Assembly (NCBI RefSeq): GCF_011386835.1
Contig: NC_088807.1
Coordinates: 25,730,001 to 25,794,000, forward strand
DNA: 64,000 nt
Reading direction: 5' to 3'
Origin: Chrysemys picta bellii
Taxonomy: Eukaryota
Under the pieces are notes generated by a model. It was given only the letters and a program-made list of their open reading frames with translations. It was not told the DNA's origin and made no database searches. Below, piece after piece: positions 13,591-23,865 of this stretch; positions within the stretch are counted from its first letter, which is position 1; each line of letters begins with the position of its first letter. The position numbers were made by a program, and so were the translations under genes.

Positions 13591-16500
13591 TGACAGGCTT
13601 GTCTACACACAACAGTTGTACCGGTTTAACTATAGTTCAAGCAGTACTACTCCTGCCCCTATGGTGGATGCGGCTATATCAGTACAAACGGATGGGAAGG
13701 GACCAGTATAAGGCATCTCTACACCAGTAGAACAGATTCCCTGTACTGGTATAACACTTACGCAATTGTCACACACACACACACACACACAGCCTCCAGC
13801 TCAATATTCATTTATTTCTTTGCACTAACACATTTGTATTCCTGGTTTCAAATTCTTTCCATCTTGGTCATCTGATATGTGGCTGTCACCCCTACTGGCG
13901 AAGCCACTTTACCCAGACTCCCCGCAGCACTGCACAAACCACAATACCTTCCCGGCTTCCCGCTGCGTCTTTCCAAGGCCGGCGGCTACCAAGCAACCGA
14001 AATTCCAAGCCGTGGGAGATTTCGTCTTCACTAGCGTGACCCAGATACCGACATCTGTGGAGTCCTGACCTCACCACTGGCAACAAGAAATAAAACGGGG
14101 GACCACAAGGATGGCCCCAATCAGCTGTTTTTTACAGGACATGATTTGCACAACTTAAGGGACCAAAAAAAAAAAAAAAAAAAAGAACAACCCAAAAGCA
14201 AACACGTAAGACAAATATCACTGCGAGAATAAAGGAGAACGCCTGGCACTTTAAATCTTTTATGCAGAAGCAAGAAATAGACAAATCAATTTCTTTTCTG
14301 CGGTACGACACAGATTAATTGTAAAGCAAGCCTCGTTCTTACAAAACCCTGTCCCCTAAAAATCTAGCAGGGATCCCCTACACAAACCCTGGCATGGGAG
14401 CATGGTATACATTACAAGAGGAAGGCACAGTTACAAAGAACGGTTCCAAGCAGCCATTCATAAACCGGTATTTCGTTTCACAGATCAGCTGAGCAGGGAA
14501 TTGCAATCCACTTCCTTCACCCCCAAAATAAATCTACGTGAACGACAAACCCGAGCGAAAGGAAATTGTTTTTAAACAAGAAAACCCCACCTCCCCAGAT
14601 CAGATGAATCCAGGTTGCTATAAAAACATTTAAAAATTCCAAGGAGGTGGAGGAAGAAAGCTACCAAGCCCCCCACAAAAGGTCTCACAAAAAGCTGCAG
14701 AATGAGGTGCAATAGGGTACAGCCAGCGAAAGACAGAAACCACATTACAAAAAACGAGGTGGGGGGGAGTTAACTCTCCAGCCAGTGACTCCGTGGCAAC
14801 GTTTAGAGGCAGGGGTTAGAAAATTGAAGCAAAAAGTCTTTCCCTCCCTCCCCACCACCGTAAGGGTAACACCGGATTTCCACAGGCATCTCCCGGCAAA
14901 TAACGCACCTACACACACCATCAATAAATACACCTGTTTCCCCAACACACGCTAAATAAGTATCCTTCACCAATAGCGCGCACACACTCACACACTAATG
15001 AATCATCCTGCAAACACATCCCACCCACCCACCCCAGCTCACAAATGGAGACCCATAAAGCCGCCACCCCCCACCCCAAATCCCTGGCTGTATCCGTTTG
15101 GCCCCAATTTCTAACCACGTTCAGCAGAAAGAGAAGCATTGCAGACAGCATGGAGTCCCATGCACAATGCACCCCCCAGACTACACACACCCACCCCTCC
15201 TCCCCTTTCCCTCACGAACCCCCCCTCCCTCCTACCAAGATTGCAGGACTTCAATTACATCCTTAAGGGGGTGGACTGCTCCATCCCTCCATCTCTGTGC
15301 CCAAGCTCCCCCCAACAAGGCAGCCAAAGGAGGGGCAGTGCATCTGGGGAGAAGACCCCCCCACCCACCCACACAGACACACTCTTCCTCCCAAGGAAGA
15401 ACTTCCGGGGGACAGCAAAACCAGTCTGCCGAGCAGGTGAAGAAGCAATTCTTTCTCCTCCACCCTCTGTCTGGGCTGTGCTATTCGCAGCAGAGTCTCT
15501 ACCACAGAGGAAGGAGTTTGTAGGTGGGGTGGACCATCTGCCCCAGCCCAGGGGGAGAAGGATGGAGATGGGGAGGGGGGGGGAGATAAAGGCAGATTAC
15601 CCGGATGTCTCCTCCCTCGGGGAGAATTGGGCTGTGATACCTCAGCGGTGTCAAACCCCTGCAAAGTTAAGAGAGAATCTGTCAATAGCTACTTTTCCCC
15701 GGGTGCATTTAACTCAGCCCGCTAATGCTTTATGGGCATGGCGAGATGCCAAAGTGTGAGAGGCGCACACACGCGCGCACACACAGGATTCCCAGACCCT
15801 TGGTAGCCACGCACACAACACCCCATCAGCTCCCACTCACACACACAACCTGATTCAGTGCACAGCTCCGCACATGCTTGACACCGGTACTGAGGGGAGC
15901 GTCTAAGAGCCGGGGTTGTGCAAGGGACTGTGCACACACGTAACAAAAAGATGTACAGTGTGCATTCCCTCCCAGATGTGGGGAAAAGAACCCAGGAGTC
16001 CTGCTCCCAGACCCCACCCCCCCCGTTCTAACCCACCAGACCTCACTCCCCTCCCAGAGCCGGGGAGAGAACCCAGGCGTCCTGGCTCCCAGGCCCCTCC
16101 CCAACAGCTCTAAATTCCCAGGGTCTCCCTATTGTTCTGACCATCAGCTACTATGCCCCGGGCAACACCTTGCCACTTGCACCCTACACCCCTCTCTCCT
16201 GTTGTTCCCACAACCTAACCCCACCGCCAACCACCACGGACACATGGTCCATCATATTGATTCTGCATAGGTGGAGCTGGGGGGCGGTTCTCTTCATTCA
16301 CCCCCTCCAAATAATTGCCCACAGCTTCTGACCCTCCACCCAATCCTCCCCAGACACGTGTGCCCCCACTTCTTCCTTCCCCACCCCCTCCCTGCACCCC
16401 AATTCCCTCCTAGGCCCCTCCCCATCCCAATTACCCCCTCCCTCCATTTATCCCACTCCCTCCCTCATTCAGCCCCTTTATTCCACTCTCTTCCTCCCCC

Positions 16501-16679
16501 ACGTACCCCATTCCCCTTCCTCATTCACCCTAAATCCCCCATGTCCCCCCCATTCACCCTCCTCCATAGGCCTTGTTTCCCCACCCCCATTTACCCCATT
16601 CCCGTCTGCATGTGACCCTGTTTACCCCTTCCCCACCATTTACCCATCTTTCCGGGAATCCCGGTACCCCATGATGTCA

Positions 16680-17575
16680 CTGTCACCCCCTCACCCCCTT
16701 CCCCTCCCACCCCATCCCCCTATTCCCCTCCATCCTCTTTCCCGCTTCCCCTCCCCCACTCACCCCCACCCCTTTCTCCATTCACCCCTCCATCCTCTTT
16801 CCCCCGTCACCCCAACCCCTTTCCCCGTTCACCCCCTCCCCCACTAACCCCCTCCATCCTCTTCCCCCTCAGTCACCCCAACCCCTTTCCCCATTCACAC
16901 CCTCCCCCACTCACCCCCTCCATCCTCTTCCCCCCCCCACCCCTTCCTCATTCATACCCCTCCCCCACTCATCCCCTCCATCCTCTTCCCCCCACTCACC
17001 CCCACCCCTTTCCTCATTCACCCCTCCCCCACTCATCCCCTCCATCCTCTTCCCCCCCACTCACCCCCACCCCTTTCTCATTCACCCCCCCACTCACCCC
17101 CCTCCATCCTCTTCCCCCCCACCCCTTTCCTCATTCACCCCCAATCACCCCCCTCCATCCTCTTTTCCCCCTTCCCCTCCCCCACTCACCCCACCCCTTT
17201 CCTCATTCACCCCCCCACTCACCCCCCTCCATCCTCTTTTCCCCCTTCCCCTCCCCCACTCACCCCCACCCTTTTCCTCATTCACCTCCTCCCCCACTCA
17301 TCCCCTCCATCCTCTTCCCCCCACTCACCCCATCCCTTTCCTCATTCACCCCCCACTCACCCCCCTCCATCCTCTTTTCCCCCACTGACCCCCCTCCATC
17401 CTCTTTCCCCCTTCCCCTCCCCCACTCACCCCCACCCCTTTCCTCATTCACCCCCTCCCCCACTCACCCCCTCCATCCTCTTCCCCCCCACTCACCCCCA
17501 CCCATTTCCTCATTCACCCCCTCCCCCACTCATCCCCTCCATCCTCTTTTCCCCTTCCCCTCCCCCACTCACCCC
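16680..17575. repeat. Polypyrimidine/polypurine minisatellite at the start of WNK3 intron 1
   Basis: Repeated CCCCACTCACCCCC / CCTCCATCCTCTTCCCC / CCTTTCCTCATTCACCCC. Confidence 0.9.
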
Positions 17576-17760
17576 CACCCTTCCCCCACAGGCAGGGGAG
17601 GGGCGAAGGGAGGGGGAGAGGGGGAAGGCGCGAGACGCACCGTCTCCGGCACGAGGCGCCCTGGGCAGGGGAGGGGGGGAGCGGGCGCAGTGCTCCCCGA
17701 GCTGTTGCGAGCTCGAGACTCATTGGTCCGGCCGCGGCTCCCCTCTCCCGGCCCCCCCGC
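17573..17760 (-). promoter_or_regulatory. WNK3: Probable non-coding exon 1 / CpG-rich promoter of WNK3
   Basis: CpG-dense stretch ending in a GGG|GTGAGT donor at 17573/17572 on the minus strand; CCAAT (plus strand ATTGG, about 17720); upstream ZNF143-type motif. TSS inferred, not observed. Confidence 0.6.
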
Positions 17761-17782
17761 ACCGTCTGAGCGCAAAGCCTCG

Positions 17783-17795
17783 TGGGAGTTGTAGT
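17783..17795 (-). promoter_or_regulatory. ZNF143/THAP11 (SBS) promoter motif ACTACAACTCCCA
   Basis: Plus strand TGGGAGTTGTAGT is the reverse complement of ACTACAACTCCCA, matching the ACTAYRnnnCCCR consensus. Confidence 0.7.
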
Positions 17796-18024
17796 CTTCC
17801 ATGGACTCTGTAGGGGAGAGGGGCTCAGGGACTCGCTTCAGGCAGCCATTTTGCCAGCCCTGTGAAATAGGGGGGAGGGGAGGGGCCCTTACACTCCCAG
17901 GGCCCCCCCTCCACACACACACACACAGGGCCTGTTACTGCATCTGGCGCGCTACCCCCTTTCCACACAGCGCCACCGTAAGGGGGAGGGGCACAACAAG
18001 CCAACTCACGCCAAGGGGGCAGCC

Positions 18025-18438
18025 CAAGATGGCCGCCAGCCGGTGCCAATTCACTCCCCACGCAGCATGGCTGCCAACCAACATGGCCAGATGGTTCAGC
18101 CACCCCAACCTGCAGGCATGGCCATATTTGCTCCATGCCCAACATGGCTGCCAAGATCAGACAACCCACCGGCATGACCAATTGACTCCCCATCCAACAT
18201 GGCTGACAACCAACATGGCCTGAGTGGCCAATTCACTGCTCACCCAACATGGCTGCCAACTGACACAGCTGATCAGAGTGGCCAACCCACAAGCCCAACC
18301 AACATGGCCACTTGGTTCAGCCAACCCAGTCACAGTCATCCACTAATTCACTCCCACCTCATCCTCCACGTGGCTTTATGGAGAGGCCGAGTATGGCCAG
18401 TTCACTCCTCACCCAACATGGCTGCCAACCAACATGGC
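18025..18438 (+). promoter_or_regulatory. Cluster of nine CAA(C/G)ATGGC YY1-like motifs in a degenerate tandem repeat
   Basis: Exact motif starts at 18025, 18079, 18140, 18195, 18211, 18245, 18300, 18414 and 18430. Confidence 0.55.
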
Positions 18439-18489
18439 TTCACGAGCAGCCAACCTACCAGCATGGCCAATTTGCTCCCCATCCAGGAT

Positions 18490-19740
18490 GGTTCTTGAGA
18501 GCCCAGTCCAGACCCCCGGTGCTGATCCAGGACTAAGTAAACCTAGACCGTTCTTTGACAGGTCTTTGACCAACTACGTGGATTCCACAACCCACCTTGG
18601 AAACCATTTCCAGTGCTTAGCTCCCCTTCAAGTTCATAGAATCATAGAATATCAGAGTGGAAGGGACCTCAAGAGGTCATCTAGTCCAACCCCCTGCTTC
18701 AAAGCAGGACCAATTCCCAGCTAAATCATCCCAGCCAGGGCTTTGTCAAGCCGGGCCTTAAAAACCTCCAAGGAAGGAGACTCCACCACCTCCCTAGGTA
18801 ACGCATTCCAGTGTTTCACCACCCTCCTAGTGAAATTGTTTTTCCTGATATCCAACCTGGACCTCCCCCACTGCAACTTGAGACCATTGCTCCTTGTTCT
18901 GTCATCTGCCACCACTGAGAACAGCCGAGCTCCATCCTCTTTGGACCCCCCTTCAGGTAGTTGAAGGCTGCTATCAAATCCCCCTCATTCTTCTCTTCTG
19001 GAGACTAAACAATCCCAGTTCCATCAGCCTCTCCTCATAAGTCATGTGCTCCAGACCCTAATCATTTTTGTTGCCCTCCGCTGGACTCTTTCCAATTTTT
19101 CCACATCCTTCTTGTAGTGTGGGGCCCAAAACTGGACACAGTATTCCAGATGAGGCCTCACCAATGTCGAATAAAGGGGAACGATCACATTCCTCGTTCC
19201 TGAAGTTAGAAAGTTTTCTTGATCTCTAGCCCCAATCTCCCTTTCTCCAGATGAAGCCCCTTACTTCTGACCGTCAGCAGACATGGCCTCTCCAAAACAG
19301 CCCTTTGCAGGTTTAAACCCTGTTATCAGGTCTCCCACACCCCTCCAGTCTGCTCTCCAGACTAAACATGCCCAGTTTCTAACCTAGCCAGGTACTCCGC
19401 ATTTTGTACTCGTGCGTGTGAGTTTTCCATCCTAAGTGAAGTTCTTTGCACTTCTCTTCATCGACTCTCTTCTTGCGGAGCTCAGACTGATTCTCCAAAT
19501 TGGCGAGGTTGCTTTGAATTCAAATCCTGTCCTCCAGAGTGCTGGCAACCTACCCCAGCCTGGTGTCACCTGCATGTCTAACAAGACCACTCTCCACTCC
19601 ATTCTCCAAGTCATTCATGACAGTGTTGAACAGCGCCAGGCCAGGACTGACCCCTGCAGGACCCCACTAGAGACGCCCTCCAGTTTGGCAGGGAATCCTT
19701 GATAACGACACTTCCAGGCCAGTCTTTCCACCAGTTATGT
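18490..19740 (-). mobile_element. Nested CR1s: a younger copy (18634-19197, with ATTCTATG tail) inside older CR1 sequence
   Basis: TCATAGAATCATAGAATATCAG tail at 18634; peptide VVKHWNALPREVVESPSLEVFKARLDKALAGMI; more diverged CR1 3' sequence on both sides. Confidence 0.85.
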
Positions 19741-21249
19741 ACATCGGGCCCACATCTCCCGAGTTGTCTCCATTCTCCACCTCGGGGGCCAACTTCAAGG
19801 GCGTCCCGGGATGTGCTATGCCCCGGCCTTTACCAGGGTCCCTATGCTTTTCGCAAGAGCTGTCTACGTGTTTTCTCCCCGTGTGCTCACAAGCATCAGA
19901 CAGAGGCTGTAGCCCCACTAGTCCAGCTTGGATCTCTTCGGTTCCAAGTTCCAGCATGTGTCACAAAGTTCCCACTCCGCTTCCCTGATGAAAGACTGGC
20001 TCTTCCAGTCCGCCACACTGAGTCCAGGCTGGGCTTTAGGGTCCAACTCAGCCAGGTGGAGGGGTGCTACCAGACTTGTCCTAAGGAGAGAGGCCAGGCT
20101 GATGGGGGGCGGGGGGACAATCGTACTGGGGTCCTGGACTCAGGGGCTGCCCCAAAATGTCTTAACTGGATGAAATGACAGGGCAGAGCCCCAGCAAATG
20201 ATGTACCAGAGGCCCAAATTTCTCTCCTGCCTCCAGCCCCACACACTCCCCCTCCACCCTGCTGCCCCCACACCCAGCTCCAAGTTCTCCCCCAGACAGG
20301 CGATCACCACCCCACCACAGGCCAGACAGGTCTGGGAGCTCCAGACCCCCTCCTCCTCCCCTGCATCTCTGCTGACCCAGGAAGCACTGACAGTTCAGAC
20401 CCTTCTGGTGCCCCCTGGCTCTGTTTTGCCCCAGGGGTTGCTGGTGCCCACCGGAAGGACTGCAAAGGTGTGGTGGGGGGGGGTGTTAAAGCAGATACAT
20501 GGGGTCGCAGCCCCACTCAAATTTGGACTGGCCACCCCCTGTAATTGGGCCAAATGGGAGGGGTATCTAGGACAAATTTCCAGGCAATGTGTATGGGGGT
20601 GTCCCCTGCCTCCCTCCCATTGCATCCCTGCCTAGGTGAGATCCATCCCAACTGTGTCTTGCTTTCCCCCCATCCCCAGAGTAGGACTCAACCCAGTGGA
20701 GCGATAGAAAGTGGGTGGAGATCGCCCATTCTTCCAACACTGGTATCCCACCGTATCCACCAGAGTCGTCCCTTTGTGGAATGGTAGCCAATGTATCCGG
20801 GGCCTCACAGGCCCTGCAAAGGAGAAACCAGATCTGCGACGTGTGTCATTGACCCAGGCCACACAAAGCCTGGGACAGAGAGGGGTCAAACAGCATGGAG
20901 GGCGAACTCTCTGGAATAGCCACCTTGTACCAGTGCCCATTTCCCAGGGAGCAATTCTGCCAAGACCACCTGCCATCCCGACACCGGGCAAGACCCAAGC
21001 GAACAGACCCCGGAGAGCCATAGGGAGGAAAACGCGGGTTTTGTTATGATTCCAGTTAGAACCGTCTATCATCCATTATCATTTGCGTCATGGTATCACC
21101 TACAAACCCCCATGCGAGATCAGGGACCCCCGTTCTGCCGGGCGCTGCACGGACCCCCCCAGACTGCAATGTGGGTGGCACTGAATCGGGGAAAGGGGGG
21201 GAGTCCCCAGAAGGGTCTGGGAAATGATCTAGCCTGAGCCCCTCGCCTG

Positions 21250-21545
21250 CAGTGTTTGCAACCAGGGCAGCGCCCGACAGGAGCCGGCGGGGCGGGGGCG
21301 GTCTCCGGCCCAGGAGCGGGAGAGCCGGACTCGAACCCGCGGCCCGAGAGCGGAGCCACCGATCGATCGACGATCCGGCGTGCGATTGTTGACGGCGGCC
21401 GGGGGGGGGGAATCGATGCTCTCCGCGCTCCGTTCCTGCCGCCCGCCCTGTCATGGCGGCGCCAGGGAGGAGACACGTGGCCTGTTCGGCCAGGGGGTCC
21501 GGGCGGTGCTGGGCAACTGGGCCGCGCTGCAGGTGAGAGCGGGGG
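21250..21545 (+). promoter_or_regulatory. CpG island, probable HDAC6 promoter / non-coding first exon
   Basis: Very CpG-rich, with GC boxes and a CTGCAG|GTGAGA donor at about 21532, oriented toward the HDAC6 exons. Linkage across the gap is inferred. Confidence 0.45.
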
Positions 21546-21574
21546 GGGAGGGGGAGCGGAGCGACCAGGCCCCC

Positions 21575-22260
21575 TATAGAAACACGCAGAAAGGGCCAGG
21601 CCCCCTATAGACCACCTCCCCGACCCTATAGAAACACGCAGAAAGGGCAAGCCCCCCTTTTGCCCCCCCCCTAGAAACACGCAGAAAGGGGCAGGCCCCC
21701 TATAGACCACCTCCCCGACCCTATAAAAACGCGAGAAAGGGCCAGGCCCCCTATAGACCACCTCCCCGACCCTATAGAAACACGCAGAAAGGGCCAGGCC
21801 CCCTATAGACCACTTCCCCGACCCTATAGAAACACGCAGAAAGGGCCAGGCCCCCTATAGACCACCTCCCCGACCTATAGAAACACGCAGAAAGGGCCAG
21901 GCCCCCTATAGACCCACCTCCCCGACCCTATAGAAACACGCAGAAAGGGCAAGCCCCCTTTTGCCCCCCCTAGAAACACGCAGAAAAGGGGCAGGGCCCC
22001 CTATAGACCACCTCCCCGACCCTATAGAAACACGCAGAAGGGCCAGGCCCCCTATAGACCACCTCCCCGACCTATAGAACACGCAGAAAGGGCCAGGCCC
22101 CTATAGACCACTTCCCCGACCCTATAGAAACACGCAGAAAGGGCAAGTCCCCCCTTTTGCCCCCCCCCCATAGAAACACGCAGAAAGGGGCAGGCCCCCT
22201 ATAAACCTCCCATACCCTCCAGAAACACACAGAAGGGGAAGGAACTCCCTATAGATTCAG
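21575..22260. repeat. Tandem repeat of about 53 bp with a periodic variant unit, decaying toward the gap
   Basis: Unit GGCCAGGCCCCCTATAGACCACCTCCCCGACCCTATAGAAACACGCAGAAAG. Confidence 0.95.
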
Positions 22261-22663
22261 CTGACGCTATAGAAGGGGTCAAGGCCCCTGATAAATCCTC
22301 CCGCACCCTATAGAAAAGATGCAGAAAGGGCAAGGGCCCTCCAGACCCTATAGAAATATAGAGAGATTGCTAGGTCACCCTAGAAACACCGCCAGGCTCT
22401 ATAGAAAAATAGAGAAAGGGGCAGGTCCCCTATAGACATTCCCTCCAGAAACAGAGAGATGGCAGGGTCCTGTATAGAAACAGGTCTCAAGGGCCCCTGT
22501 AGAACCCCCCCTGTCCCATACAGAACACCACCGCAAAGGTGAGGTCCCCTATAGGAATCTCCCTCCTGTCTCTATAGGAACACAGGAGGGTGGGGAGGCC
22601 CCCCATAGTCCCCGCCCCCAAGCCCTGCCACAGAAACACAGCAAGGTCCCGTCTAGAACGGCC

Positions 22664-23163
22664 NNNNNNNNNNNNNNNNNNNNNNNNNNNNNNNNNNNNN
22701 NNNNNNNNNNNNNNNNNNNNNNNNNNNNNNNNNNNNNNNNNNNNNNNNNNNNNNNNNNNNNNNNNNNNNNNNNNNNNNNNNNNNNNNNNNNNNNNNNNNN
22801 NNNNNNNNNNNNNNNNNNNNNNNNNNNNNNNNNNNNNNNNNNNNNNNNNNNNNNNNNNNNNNNNNNNNNNNNNNNNNNNNNNNNNNNNNNNNNNNNNNNN
22901 NNNNNNNNNNNNNNNNNNNNNNNNNNNNNNNNNNNNNNNNNNNNNNNNNNNNNNNNNNNNNNNNNNNNNNNNNNNNNNNNNNNNNNNNNNNNNNNNNNNN
23001 NNNNNNNNNNNNNNNNNNNNNNNNNNNNNNNNNNNNNNNNNNNNNNNNNNNNNNNNNNNNNNNNNNNNNNNNNNNNNNNNNNNNNNNNNNNNNNNNNNNN
23101 NNNNNNNNNNNNNNNNNNNNNNNNNNNNNNNNNNNNNNNNNNNNNNNNNNNNNNNNNNNNNNN
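22664..23163. other. Assembly gap (500 N)
   Basis: Run of N. Confidence 1.
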
Positions 23164-23865
23164 TTGAAATGAAGCTTCTTAAACTTTTTAAAAGCCTTAT
23201 TGACTTGACATACAATAGTTTAGTTCTATAATCTAGACCTAGACCGAGCCCTTCTGAAAACGATCATCTGCACGACCAGCTCGCGAAACCCTAAACCCGA
23301 GTGAGTAAACGCAGACTCGGCCCAGCGCTTCGGAAAGGCGGCCGGCCCCTGGGCTAGTCTCTGCTTGGTCCTTTGTCCCGCTGGGCCTTGTCCCTGATCT
23401 CAGCTGCCCCGGGGCTCAAACCTGCCCCCCAGTCCTCAAATCCGCCTTAATCCCAATCCCCCTCCTGTCTCAGCCAGCCCAGAACCCCCCCATTCCCCAG
23501 TCCCTAGATGAGCCCTTCACATTCTCCGCCCCCCACCTCCTAGACCTGCCCCAGGCCGCGCTGGGTTTCGAGGGTTTTAGCCGGGGTCCCTCCCCAGTCT
23601 TCATCTTTCTCCTTCTCCGTGGGAAAAACCACCCAGGCAGCATGTGCCGAGATCCGGCTCGCGACATGAGCTGGATTTAACAGGACGACGCCAAGCTGCA
23701 GCCACCTCTGGGGCAGGGCAGCCAGAGAACAGCTGCATCTCCGCGCTGGGCGAGCCGTACCTGTGCGGTGTTATGTGCGGCTGTTCCCCAGCTGCCCCAC
23801 CCCAGAAGTGGCTGCATCTCAGCATCAAGCGAGCCTTCCGCTAACCCTGTTTGTCTCCATTCCAG

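Noticed and set aside
21575-22260. CRISPR-like repeat/spacer array (also considered for 12880-13590 and 31345-32030)
   Set aside because: Intervening sequences are themselves repeated rather than unique spacers, there are no cas genes, and the context is a vertebrate genome.
22487-23231. 242-aa and 213-aa ORFs
   Set aside because: Artefacts of translating through the N gap.
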